Shown piece by piece: positions 28,710-38,337 of a stretch of DNA of 64,000 bases. Under the pieces are notes generated by a model, which saw only the letters and a program-made list of their open reading frames with translations, did no database searches and was not told the DNA's origin. The stretch is from IMG/VR virus record IMGVR_UViG_3300048589_001057, positions 16,519 to 80,518 of that record; one strand, 5' to 3'. Position 1 is the first letter of the stretch. Each line of letters opens with the position of its first letter. A program made the position numbers and the translations under genes. Source of the DNA: a virus.

Positions 28710-29090
28710 ATGGAAAATATCAAACGAGAATCCCGTGATTCTAAAATATCTCCAGAGGCTTACTTAAAACCCTTTGATGTTACTAAATTTGGGGGAGAAG
28801 AGGATCCCTGTTTTGGGAAAGAATATGATTTAACTGCGCCAGAATGTGGGATATGTGGGGATATTGAGGCTTGCTCAATAGCATTTATGCATAATACAAC
28901 CCGGGTACGTACTCAACTTGAAGCTGAGAATAAGTACAAAGACTTAGAAGAGGCTGATATGATAAGGAAAAAACGTATAAGGGATTTCGTTAAATCCAAG
29001 AGAATGAAAGGGTGGGGTGATACCAGAATCATCACTGTCCTAAAAAGAAGATATTCACTAACCCGGGCAGCTGCCCATAATTTTTTGTAA
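28710..29090 (+). CDS. Hypothetical Cys-rich (Zn-binding) protein
   Basis: DPCFGK.YD..A.EC.ICGD.EAC. Confidence 0.6.
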   Translation: MENIKRESRDSKISPEAYLKPFDVTKFGGEEDPCFGKEYDLTAPECGICGDIEACSIAFMHNTTRVRTQLEAENKYKDLEEADMIRKKRIRDFVKSKRMKGWGDTRIITVLKRRYSLTRAAAHNFL

Positions 29091-29092
29091 AC

Positions 29093-29881
29093 ATGGATAT
29101 ACGAGATGTACTTCCAGTGGAAGAAGCCCCAAAGGATTCAACCATTGAAACCATTTTTAATAAGCAAGAGGAGTTGTTATCGGCCTATCTGAATATTGAA
29201 AAGCTGGAGCCTTGGCCATATGACTTAAACTCACCTAGCCACCAGATAATTCTTAAAGATTTTATAGCTAGAGTGGTGGAGGAATTGGGGGAAGGCTATG
29301 AATCATACGAGGCTTTGGTGAATCTACATATCAATGGGCAATCAGAAAATTCCAATATGATTCCCCTGTTATTTAACTTCAGTGAGGAGTTAGCAGATGC
29401 CTTGCATTTTTTGATTGAAACTTTTATCGTTTGTGGTATAACTATAAACGATATAAGGGAATACATAATCAACCAGGCTTTCCCCAACCTAGTTAACTCC
29501 CATAATACCTATAAGCTACTGGCTGGATCGAGTTATCTCATAAAGGTTAGTCATCCTGGAATAATGCATAATCTAGGAGATCCTATTGTTGATTCCATTC
29601 TAGGGGGGAAATGGGTTGATAAATCTCAACTAAGGGAATTAGCTATACTTTCATGGGAAGTAACTTATAAGTTGCAGTTAGCCAGGAACTCTCTCAAAAA
29701 TAAACCCTGGAAACAATCCCACATGGGAAGCGATAAACCCAGATTTACTAGGTACCTAATTGAATCCCTGAAGGCTTTTATTGTACTAACTAGAGCCATG
29801 GGGATTACCGAGGATGGGCTATTCCAACTTTACTCGGCCAAAAACCAAATAAACCAATTCCGCATAAGGAGTAAGTATTAA
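29093..29881 (+). CDS. All-alpha dNTP pyrophosphatase (dimeric dUTPase/dCTPase, T4 gp56-like)
   Basis: VEELGE..E, EELADALHF, LKNKPWK, Y..KNQIN.FR..S.Y. Confidence 0.75.
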   Translation: MDIRDVLPVEEAPKDSTIETIFNKQEELLSAYLNIEKLEPWPYDLNSPSHQIILKDFIARVVEELGEGYESYEALVNLHINGQSENSNMIPLLFNFSEELADALHFLIETFIVCGITINDIREYIINQAFPNLVNSHNTYKLLAGSSYLIKVSHPGIMHNLGDPIVDSILGGKWVDKSQLRELAILSWEVTYKLQLARNSLKNKPWKQSHMGSDKPRFTRYLIESLKAFIVLTRAMGITEDGLFQLYSAKNQINQFRIRSKY

Positions 29882-29882
29882 T

Positions 29883-30659
29883 ATGGAAACCTTCAAGATT
29901 CTAGAATTCGCTACTTCCCAGGAAGCCTGGGAAGGTATTAATGAGTACTTCTTATTGTCCCCAGAGGATATAATCAAACGCAATGGTACAAGCAGTAGTA
30001 GCCTACTTATTGCATATGATACCATAGTGAAGATTCGAAAACTCCGGGTGGACCCAGAATTTGACTTCAGTAGAACCTTCAACTACAGGAAGCAAAAATG
30101 GAATACCTTAGTGAGTAATTACGTGGACTTAAATCTACTGGATTTGGTAAAGACTGAGGTACAGAAGAGGGAAGCAAAGCGGGATTCCAATTACAATATC
30201 TCCTTCCTATTTGATAACACCCATATATCCGGTAAGGGTTGTCTACTAAGTATAACTTTTTCAAGAAGGAACTATGCTGACCAGCCTACCATGATAGTTT
30301 CCATGAGGTCATCAGAAATAGTTAAGAGGCTTAATTTTGATTTTCTCTTAGTACAAAGGATAGCTGAATACGTATATGGTACAAGAACCCATGTAGGAGC
30401 TAACTTCTACATACCAAATATGTATACAATACCTGAGGTGTCCGCTATGTATCACAAACACCGGGATTTAAAAATTCTATTCGAAGGGGTAGGAAAATTA
30501 ACCCCCTTCCAATCAAGGACTTTAGCTACCATTGATAAGTTCAGGGATATTGATATTGAAAAGATATCCTATAAGATACATCAAAGAGCGGCAAAAGTAT
30601 TACAAGGCCATGGGGAAGGTAAACCTTTATTGGCCAGGGATTTACAATTAACCAAGTAG
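29883..30659 (+). CDS. Divergent thymidylate-synthase-fold protein
   Basis: GKGCLLSITF (catalytic Cys position) and MRSSEIVKRLNFDF (RS motif, Asp at the specificity site). Confidence 0.6.
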   Translation: METFKILEFATSQEAWEGINEYFLLSPEDIIKRNGTSSSSLLIAYDTIVKIRKLRVDPEFDFSRTFNYRKQKWNTLVSNYVDLNLLDLVKTEVQKREAKRDSNYNISFLFDNTHISGKGCLLSITFSRRNYADQPTMIVSMRSSEIVKRLNFDFLLVQRIAEYVYGTRTHVGANFYIPNMYTIPEVSAMYHKHRDLKILFEGVGKLTPFQSRTLATIDKFRDIDIEKISYKIHQRAAKVLQGHGEGKPLLARDLQLTK

Positions 30660-30684
30660 ACTATTAATAATAAACACCCATAAA

Positions 30685-31398
30685 ATGAGAACATACCAAA
30701 ATTGCTACGAACTGATCTCTGAAATTGCCAGGGAGGTTCTAGAGATGGGAATAAGGGTTCATCCAAACTCCATGCAAAATAAAGTGGTTAAGGGAGATGA
30801 CAACTATTCTACTCTAGAAATCACCAATTACTCCTATTGCCTATTGAGTTTAGATAAAGTAGAATCCCTATTTACTAGTGACCCAAGATCAAAAGATTGG
30901 GTACTGGCTGAGTTCTTAGAAAGGATCAATTCCAGGGAGGTAAACCCAGGAGATGCCTATAAAATCCGAGAAGATGTCTGGTCACAATTCTTGGTGGATG
31001 GTAAGTTTGATTACTCCTATTCAGAAAGGATGAACTTCAACAATAACCTAAATAGGTTGTTAGTGGAGGCATCCAACAACATAGACTCCAGGCAATTAAT
31101 ACTGCCTATATTCCATGCTACGGATGTGGAAAACATTGGGGGATATAAGCGAGTACCATGTTCCATTTACTACCAATTCTTAATTCGAAATGGCCAAGTG
31201 GATATAGTATATGCCCAGCGTAGTGCAGATGTATTTACTCACTTTGGCAACGATGTGTTCCTAGCTTGGAGGTTAATGGTCTACTTTGCTACTCAATTAA
31301 AGCTAAAGCCTGGCTACCTATATCATAATATTGGCTCCCTGCACGTTTACAACAAAGACACCGAAAACTTAAGGAAATGCCTGAAAGAAAGGTTATAA
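30685..31398 (+). CDS. Thymidylate-synthase-family enzyme, dCMP hydroxymethylase/methylase-like
   Basis: YSYSER, DSRQ, RVPCS.YYQFLIR, QRSADVFTHFGNDV, GSLHVY. Confidence 0.8.
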   Translation: MRTYQNCYELISEIAREVLEMGIRVHPNSMQNKVVKGDDNYSTLEITNYSYCLLSLDKVESLFTSDPRSKDWVLAEFLERINSREVNPGDAYKIREDVWSQFLVDGKFDYSYSERMNFNNNLNRLLVEASNNIDSRQLILPIFHATDVENIGGYKRVPCSIYYQFLIRNGQVDIVYAQRSADVFTHFGNDVFLAWRLMVYFATQLKLKPGYLYHNIGSLHVYNKDTENLRKCLKERL

Positions 31399-31712
31399 AA
31401 AATGAGGTGGCTATCCAAGAGGCTTATATTGAGGCTTTTGGTAAAAACCATATATTGCTGAAGCTAGCTGAGGAGGCAAGTGAGCTTACCCAAATTTGCC
31501 TAAAGCTAGTTGATAAAGATAACTTGAACTTACCTATATCCCCAGATTTAATTGGACATTTCTGGGAGGAGATGGCTCATTTAAAGCTATTCTGGGATAT
31601 GGGTAAGAAAGTTATAAACCATGAGTATTTACTTCAGGATCACAGTACAGAGAGATTAAACAGGTTACAGGTAAAGTTAACAGAAAGGAAAAACCAACAT
31701 GAAACATTCTAG
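31377..31712 (+). CDS. MazG-like nucleotide pyrophosphohydrolase
   Basis: KLAEEASELTQ...K and EEMAHL. Confidence 0.6.
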   Translation: MPERKVIKNEVAIQEAYIEAFGKNHILLKLAEEASELTQICLKLVDKDNLNLPISPDLIGHFWEEMAHLKLFWDMGKKVINHEYLLQDHSTERLNRLQVKLTERKNQHETF

Positions 31713-32163
31713 CTTAAATAGGATAAATCGAATTACCCTTTATCTCGAAACAGCCCGTCTCAATTCCAGACGGGCTACTTGTTTACGGGGTCAAGTAGGG
31801 GCTGTATTAGTAAGGGACAAACGGATTATAGCTTCTGGTTACAATGGGCCAGCTAAAGGGCAGGACCATTGTAATAGTACCACTTGTGACTTATCTAAGC
31901 CATGTACTCACGCTATTCATGCAGAGGCTAATCTTATTGCCTATTGTGCAAAGCAGGGGATCGCTACAGATAAAGCTATCTTGATAGTCACAACTTGCCC
32001 ATGCCAAAAATGCTCGGAAATCATTATCCAATCTGGTATAAACCGGATAGTTTATGATGGGGAATATAGAAATGAAGATGGGCTATCACTATTACTTCAG
32101 GCTAAAATTACAATAGTTAAGTACGAACCCAATATACATTTCCCAGATGATTTCTTCATATAA
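31699..32163 (+). CDS. dCMP deaminase
   Basis: ATCLR.QVGAVLV, SGYNG, HAEAN, PCQKC. Confidence 0.9.
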   Translation: MKHSSLNRINRITLYLETARLNSRRATCLRGQVGAVLVRDKRIIASGYNGPAKGQDHCNSTTCDLSKPCTHAIHAEANLIAYCAKQGIATDKAILIVTTCPCQKCSEIIIQSGINRIVYDGEYRNEDGLSLLLQAKITIVKYEPNIHFPDDFFI

Positions 32164-34258
32164 AATATGCTTAATTCTAGAGGATATCTATGAGTTAATT
32201 GGGTATATCTACCAAACTGGCTATGCCTGTATAGATTTTGAAACATCCTCATTGGAATATTATGAAGAATCTGAATACCCAACTATACTTGGTATATCAT
32301 TTCAACCGGGTTCTGGGTGGATAATTCCTCTGGGTCATTATGAATCTCCATGGAGGGATACTTACCCTGAAATCATAAGGCTTTTAAAGCCAGTACTGGA
32401 AGACCCTAATATAGTCAAGATAGCATGGAATGCTAAATATGAATACAAATGGCTATTGCGATATGGGATTGAGCCTATGGGTAGGTTCTTCGATGCTATG
32501 CTATTAAAATACCTTCTTAAAGAGGATAGGCCCCATGACCTTAAGAGTATGGTAGATACCTACTTACCGGACTTCGGGGGTTATGCTCTGAAGGGTAGTA
32601 ACCGGGGTAACTTTGATTGGCGGAAAGTTCCCCTAAAGGAATTAAGTAAGTACTGTGCTTTAGATACAGATAACACATTGAGGTTATTCTTATTCTTAGA
32701 ACCTAAAGTAATTGACCTGGGATTTTACTCCTTATTTAGGAACCTATTTTCCATGTTGGTTAGGGTTTTGGGTAAATGTGAGCACTTTGGTATGAAGGTA
32801 GATAAGAAATACCTATCAACTTTGGTCGCCAAGTATTCCAACCTCATCCAAGATAATGAATTGGCCTTACGTAACTCTAAAAAGGTAAAAAGGTATGAAA
32901 GGAAGAGATTAAAGAGCATAAAAGAAAAACTCATTGAGGAATTGGAAGAAGAGATTGAGGAATTGGAATCTAGGGGAGCTAGCCAACTTCAAATATCCAA
33001 CAGGGTATCCAAGATCACCGCTATTAGAAGTGGGGGTAAAACCACCAAAAATATAGAAAAGCTTTTAGCCCCCATTAATTTTGGCAGCCCTAAACAAATG
33101 GCCGAGTTCTTATATGAAAGCCCATATGGGTTGGAATTACCCATATTAGATTACACTGACTCTGGGGCACCCTCTTCTGCTGAAGAAACTTTATTAAAAC
33201 TTAAAGAACAGGATTCCTCCGGATTCATAGATAGATTATTAAAATCCCGGGAATTGGAAAAACTTAATTCCACCTACATCACAGGTATATGGGAAAAACT
33301 ATCATCTTCAGACCGGATTCATAGTTCTTATAAAATCAATGGTACTGTTACAGGTAGGTTAAGTTCAACCTCCCCTAACATGCAAAATGTTCCCCGGGTA
33401 ACTACTAATCCAGATATTAAACCCATGTTTACAGCTCCCTCTGGGTATGCTTTGGTGGAATTAGATTATTCTCAAGCAGAGTTAAGAATCGTAGCAGAGC
33501 TGGCTAAAGAAAAACAAATGATTGAATGGTTCCAACAGGGCCATAATATTCACGTAGCTGTAGCAGCTAAAGTAGCTGGTGTTCCCTATGAAACAGCTTA
33601 CCCCATAACCAAGGATGAAAATCACCCGGAACATAAAGAGTGGACTAAACGTAAAAAGAGAGCAAAGACGATTAACTTTGGAATCCTATATGAGCAAGGC
33701 CCATCTAAGTTGGCTGTTACTCTTAAGTGTACTAAAGAAGAGGCAGCTAAGTTTAAGCAAGAGTGGCTAGAAACTTTCCCAGCTATAAGTAAATGGATTA
33801 ACCGCCAACATAAACTAGCCCGTAAACATGGGTTCGTATATAATATGTGGGGTTTTAAAAGACGTCTACCAGAAATCTATTCCAGCAATAAGGGTAAACA
33901 AATGGAAGCTGAACGCCAATCAGTTAATGCCCCTATTCAGGGTGCCGCTTCATTCTTCACCCTATTCAGCGCCATCGTAATTGAAGAGATGAGACTTACG
34001 GGACAAATACCATTGGACTTCCCAATGGTATACACTGTACATGACTCTCTGGGTTTTTATGTTAGGCTGGATAAAATCCATGAATTTGCCAAGATAGCTG
34101 TACCAGTTATGGCAAACCCCCAAACTCAGGAGTTCTTTGGGTTCCAGATGAAATACGTTCCTATGAAAGCTTCCATGGAACTGGGTTTAAACTGGGGATC
34201 CTATCACGATTATTCACCAACTGAAGATTACACAAAATGGGCTTTAATAAACACTTAA
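32147..34258 (+). CDS. polA: Family A DNA polymerase with 3'-5' exonuclease
   Basis: DFET exo I, TGRLSS..PNMQN, DYSQAELR, KTINFGILY, NAPIQG, VHDS. Confidence 0.95.
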   Translation: MISSYKICLILEDIYELIGYIYQTGYACIDFETSSLEYYEESEYPTILGISFQPGSGWIIPLGHYESPWRDTYPEIIRLLKPVLEDPNIVKIAWNAKYEYKWLLRYGIEPMGRFFDAMLLKYLLKEDRPHDLKSMVDTYLPDFGGYALKGSNRGNFDWRKVPLKELSKYCALDTDNTLRLFLFLEPKVIDLGFYSLFRNLFSMLVRVLGKCEHFGMKVDKKYLSTLVAKYSNLIQDNELALRNSKKVKRYERKRLKSIKEKLIEELEEEIEELESRGASQLQISNRVSKITAIRSGGKTTKNIEKLLAPINFGSPKQMAEFLYESPYGLELPILDYTDSGAPSSAEETLLKLKEQDSSGFIDRLLKSRELEKLNSTYITGIWEKLSSSDRIHSSYKINGTVTGRLSSTSPNMQNVPRVTTNPDIKPMFTAPSGYALVELDYSQAELRIVAELAKEKQMIEWFQQGHNIHVAVAAKVAGVPYETAYPITKDENHPEHKEWTKRKKRAKTINFGILYEQGPSKLAVTLKCTKEEAAKFKQEWLETFPAISKWINRQHKLARKHGFVYNMWGFKRRLPEIYSSNKGKQMEAERQSVNAPIQGAASFFTLFSAIVIEEMRLTGQIPLDFPMVYTVHDSLGFYVRLDKIHEFAKIAVPVMANPQTQEFFGFQMKYVPMKASMELGLNWGSYHDYSPTEDYTKWALINT

Positions 34259-34887
34259 TCCTTAAATCATCTGAACCTATGACAAATTACAGAATCGCCT
34301 TATGTGGCCCCAGTGGTAGTGGGAAATCTACTTTAGCAAATGCCATAGCAACTCATTTGCAAATACCCTACAAAGAAAACAGCGCAGGACTCCTCCTCCC
34401 TAAGGAAGACCAGGATTTTCTGATCTCCAATTTTGGCTGGAAAAAATCTGGCCATTCTGATGTAATAGCTTTATCTCATACCAACCCGGCTTTTGGGTGG
34501 GAGTTCCAAACTCGCTTACTAGCTGCCAGGTCCAAGTTCATGCAGTCAAATGCCAATTACATCATTGACAGGAGTCCAGTGGATAACCTGGTTTATTTTT
34601 TAATGCAAACGGCTTTACACTATCCACAGGAATCAGCAAAGTATTTCATTGAAGCTGCCCAATTGGCCGCCAGGAATTTAACCCACCTTATTTTTATCCC
34701 CACCATGTTAACCGGGGAAATAGAGAATAATGGTTCTAGGGTAGCTAACTATTACTACCAACAGATGGTAACATCCATATTCGCCCACGTAATCCATACT
34801 TACTTCCAAGGAGTTAAATTCTTGGAGCTACCCACAAGTAATTTTGAGTTAAGGCGTAGTGCCACTCTTAAATTCTTGCACACTTAA
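34237..34887 (+). CDS. P-loop deoxynucleoside monophosphate kinase
   Basis: GPSGSGKST, IIDRSPVD. Confidence 0.7.
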   Translation: MGFNKHLILKSSEPMTNYRIALCGPSGSGKSTLANAIATHLQIPYKENSAGLLLPKEDQDFLISNFGWKKSGHSDVIALSHTNPAFGWEFQTRLLAARSKFMQSNANYIIDRSPVDNLVYFLMQTALHYPQESAKYFIEAAQLAARNLTHLIFIPTMLTGEIENNGSRVANYYYQQMVTSIFAHVIHTYFQGVKFLELPTSNFELRRSATLKFLHT

Positions 34888-34912
34888 AACTATTAATTAG
34901 TAAATACCACAT

Positions 34913-35371
34913 ATGAAGAAACTACAAAAATATGCCAAAGCTTCCAGCTTAATGGATATAACTATTGTCCTGGATAATGGGGAGAAATTCAAGTTTAACC
35001 TATACCGAGAATTAGAAATTTCTGAAGAGAGGTTAAACTTTGAAGCCATGGAACAGCCATCATCATATGCTTTTCTAAGCACCCTTTATCAGAAACTCAT
35101 CAAAGTGGTAGATGATCGTAAGTTAGAAGCTTCTAAAGCTTGGGCTAAATACTATATCGCAGTAAAAGCAGATATTAATCCCAACACAGGGAGGAATTAT
35201 GCAGATGACTTGGCTAAAGCCATGGCTGATGACAGTGATGAGTATGCTGAGGCAATGGAAGCTTATAGTACAGCAAAATACAAAGCTGGCTTACTACAAA
35301 CATGTGTTTCTTCCTTTGAATCAAGAGCTAATTTAATCCAAACAATTTCAGCAAACAATCGTAAACATTAA
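34913..35371 (+). CDS. UvsY-like recombination mediator
   Basis: Helical protein, EQPS.YA and SFE.RA.LIQTISAN.R; upstream of SSB and RecA. Confidence 0.55.
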   Translation: MKKLQKYAKASSLMDITIVLDNGEKFKFNLYRELEISEERLNFEAMEQPSSYAFLSTLYQKLIKVVDDRKLEASKAWAKYYIAVKADINPNTGRNYADDLAKAMADDSDEYAEAMEAYSTAKYKAGLLQTCVSSFESRANLIQTISANNRKH

Positions 35372-35374
35372 AAC

Positions 35375-36124
35375 ATGGGAACAAAAAAGAAAGAGTCAGT
35401 AAAAGAAAGACTGGCCAAGAAAAGAAAAGAAATCGCCTCCAGGGGAAAGGGGCTAGATTTTATAATCCTTAAGGAAGGTACTTTAAGGGTTAGGCCCCTA
35501 CCAGTAGGGGAGGACGAAGAATTCGGATTTGAAATAACCCAATTCTATTTGGGTGGTACTATCAAGGGGGTTATAAGCCCCTCCTCAGTTGGTCTGCCTT
35601 GTGCTCTTATGGAAAAGTACCTTGAATTAAAAGATTCAAAGGATGCTGGGGATAAGTCTTTAGCCAAAGCCCTTTCTCCAAAGAAAAAAACAGTTGTCCC
35701 AGTAATTGTATATGCAGATACTAAAGGGAAAACAGTAGACACTGAGAAGTCTACCGAAAATGGTAAACTGTTCTTAATTACCTCCGGAGTATATGCTAGT
35801 ATGATTGATAGCTACCTGGATGAGGATGACTGGGGAGATTTTACCGATCCAATTAATGGCTACGACTTTAAAGTTACCCGTACTGGCTCTGGTAGGTTCG
35901 ATACTGAATACTCCTGCGTACCATGCCCAAAATCTCCTTTACCAAAACCCTACAAGAATAAGGTTATAAACCTCAAGGAGATGGTCATGAATATTTTACC
36001 CACCTACGAGGAGACTCTGGAGAAACTTAATGAATTCCTTAATGAAGCCCCTCAGGATCAAGAGGAAGAGGAAGAAAGACCAGCCAGATTAAAAAAGAAA
36101 AAATCCCGTAAAAGCGATATCTAA
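35375..36124 (+). CDS. Single-stranded DNA-binding protein (gp32-like)
   Basis: RVRPLP, WGDFTDP..GYDFKVTRTGSG..TEY; acidic tail. Confidence 0.75.
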   Translation: MGTKKKESVKERLAKKRKEIASRGKGLDFIILKEGTLRVRPLPVGEDEEFGFEITQFYLGGTIKGVISPSSVGLPCALMEKYLELKDSKDAGDKSLAKALSPKKKTVVPVIVYADTKGKTVDTEKSTENGKLFLITSGVYASMIDSYLDEDDWGDFTDPINGYDFKVTRTGSGRFDTEYSCVPCPKSPLPKPYKNKVINLKEMVMNILPTYEETLEKLNEFLNEAPQDQEEEEERPARLKKKKSRKSDI

Positions 36125-36126
36125 AT

Positions 36127-38337
36127 ATGGCTAAGAAGTCAAAAAAGGGGGGTATTTTATCCCCCTTACAAATCCAGAAAAAATACCCTGGTTCTGGTAT
36201 AGCTACATCTATAGCCATACCATCCCTGGACACTCTTTGGATCCCCTCTCGGTGCTTACCCCTTAATTATGCCACTGGTGGGGGTATCCCCTACGGTAAA
36301 ATCCTAGAAATCTATGGCCAGGAAAGCTCGGGTAAAACTCTAGCCGCTTTAGACTTTGGGTCGGTAGTTCAGGCTTTGGGTGGGGAGATTATGTACAATG
36401 ATGCAGAGATGGCATTCACTATTGACTGGGCTATAAAAAATGGCCTAGACCCCAATAAAATACACCTTTACCCAGAAACTTCGGTGGAACTAATATCCGA
36501 CTGGATAATGGATACAGCCATATCCATTAGGGCTAGGTTAGTAAAAAATGAGCCAATACTATTCATCCAAGATTCCATTGCCGCTTTAGATTGTATGGCC
36601 AATATCAATTCTTCCCAGACTGATTCCAAAGCTGAGATGGGTAATAGGGCTAAAGCTATCTATAAAATGGTAAGGATTAGGAATCAAATGCTGGCTGAGA
36701 TGGGAGTAACCTCAATTTTTATAAACCAGATAAGAAGTAATATCAAAGCCTCTACAAGCCGGTTCTCTGGGGTCGACCCCGACTGCCTCCACTACAATAC
36801 CCTAGTCCATCTTGTGGACGGTAGAACTTTACCCATTGGGGAAATCGTAAGGGGGAAAATTGCCGGTGAGGTTTGGAGTTATAATGAAACTACTTTATCC
36901 GTAGAACCCAAGCCTATCATCGGCTGGGTGGAAAAAGAGAAGCTTGAACCCGGAGAAAAATGGCTATCCATCGTAACCAATGGGCCTGGAAGTAAAGGGG
37001 GGAAATTTGGTATTGTCTGTACGGAAAAACACGGTATATTCACTGCTTTTAAGGGTTGGGTTAATGCCCGAGATTTAAAGGTTGGGGATATGGTATTAAC
37101 CTATGCCCCCTATAAAATCAATGGTACCCTCAGGGACTTCTTAGAGGGCTCGGCGATAGGGGATTCTTCCATTAGAGTAAGGGATACCAGTACGGCTAGG
37201 TATAGGCTACAAGATTCAGAACAGCCAGAATACCTACAGTGGAAGTTGAATTTACTATCCGAACATTACTCTTTTAAAGCCGAATACGATAGTCAATTGA
37301 ATATCCGGTTTACCACTGATTACTCTACGGAGTGGGCTATCTTCGGGGCAAAATTCCCTAATCGTAATCCCTCAGCTTTATTCTGTAATACCCCTAATGC
37401 CTTAACCATGGCAGTTTGGTATATGGATGATGGACATCTATCCGACTCAGGGATTATAAGCATAGCCATATCCCCAAAGAGAGTTGACTTGCAGGAATTG
37501 GCGGAATGGTTGTCGGGGTATGGGTATATATGTAAACCCTATAAAAAGGGGATAAGGTTTAGTAATGACGGGGGTAAAAGATTACACCGGCTTATTGCTA
37601 AATACGTCCCTGAATGCATGGCCCATAAACTTAAACCCGAATATCAGGGAATGCATGAGCCATTTGGGTTAACCTGCCACCCAGAAATTACCCCCCTACC
37701 CACTAAAGTGGTAAGTATCAATGGGGCTGGGGAAAGGCATTACCGGAAACTCCATAAGTACGACCTTACTATCCAAGATAACCATAGCTTCTTCGCTGGC
37801 AGTGTTGGCCCAGGTTTCCTGGTACATAACACTACCCCTGGGGGTCAAGCCATGAAGTTTTTTGCCAGTATTAGGTTGGGTATATATGCTGGTAGACAAA
37901 TTAAGGAGAAGGTAGGGGGTTATGAAGACCGAGTGGGATCTGAAACTTCAGTAAGGGTTAAGAAGAATAAGGTAGCTCCCCCAAAGCCAACTTTTAAAGC
38001 CAAGATGTATTTTAATCCTGACTATGAGGCTAAGCCTCTTGGATTTGACAGGTATTTTGGATTAGGGGAATTACTTATTCGAACTAATGTACTAAGCCGT
38101 AAGCCAAATAGCAGTATGATATACCTGGATGGTACTTTGATTGCCAGAGGTGAAAAGAGCTTAGATTTAAAACTGGCTAAAGATGCTAAATTACGTAGAG
38201 CTTTGATAAAGGCTTCATCGATTAATACCGTATCCAAAACACGGAATAAACTCAATGGGTTATCCCATAATTTATACCCAGTAAAAACCAAGAAGTTCAT
38301 CTCCCAATTAAATGATGAGGAAAATGAAGATGAGTAA
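36127..38337 (+). CDS. recA: RecA/UvsX recombinase precursor containing an intein
   Basis: GGGIPYG, EIYGQESSGKT, QDSIAAL, FINQIR, TTPGG.AMKFFASIRL, KNKVAPP. Confidence 0.95.
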   Translation: MAKKSKKGGILSPLQIQKKYPGSGIATSIAIPSLDTLWIPSRCLPLNYATGGGIPYGKILEIYGQESSGKTLAALDFGSVVQALGGEIMYNDAEMAFTIDWAIKNGLDPNKIHLYPETSVELISDWIMDTAISIRARLVKNEPILFIQDSIAALDCMANINSSQTDSKAEMGNRAKAIYKMVRIRNQMLAEMGVTSIFINQIRSNIKASTSRFSGVDPDCLHYNTLVHLVDGRTLPIGEIVRGKIAGEVWSYNETTLSVEPKPIIGWVEKEKLEPGEKWLSIVTNGPGSKGGKFGIVCTEKHGIFTAFKGWVNARDLKVGDMVLTYAPYKINGTLRDFLEGSAIGDSSIRVRDTSTARYRLQDSEQPEYLQWKLNLLSEHYSFKAEYDSQLNIRFTTDYSTEWAIFGAKFPNRNPSALFCNTPNALTMAVWYMDDGHLSDSGIISIAISPKRVDLQELAEWLSGYGYICKPYKKGIRFSNDGGKRLHRLIAKYVPECMAHKLKPEYQGMHEPFGLTCHPEITPLPTKVVSINGAGERHYRKLHKYDLTIQDNHSFFAGSVGPGFLVHNTTPGGQAMKFFASIRLGIYAGRQIKEKVGGYEDRVGSETSVRVKKNKVAPPKPTFKAKMYFNPDYEAKPLGFDRYFGLGELLIRTNVLSRKPNSSMIYLDGTLIARGEKSLDLKLAKDAKLRRALIKASSINTVSKTRNKLNGLSHNLYPVKTKKFISQLNDEENEDE
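36784..37830 (+). mobile_element. Intein with LAGLIDADG homing endonuclease (349 aa)
   Basis: Starts CLHYNT, block B CTEKH, GSAIGDS and WYMDDG endonuclease motifs, ends LVHN followed by Thr. Confidence 0.93.

Noticed and set aside
34030-34050. PolA motif C reading HDS instead of HDE as proof of modified-base use
   Set aside because: The variant occurs in other phage family A polymerases and is not diagnostic by itself
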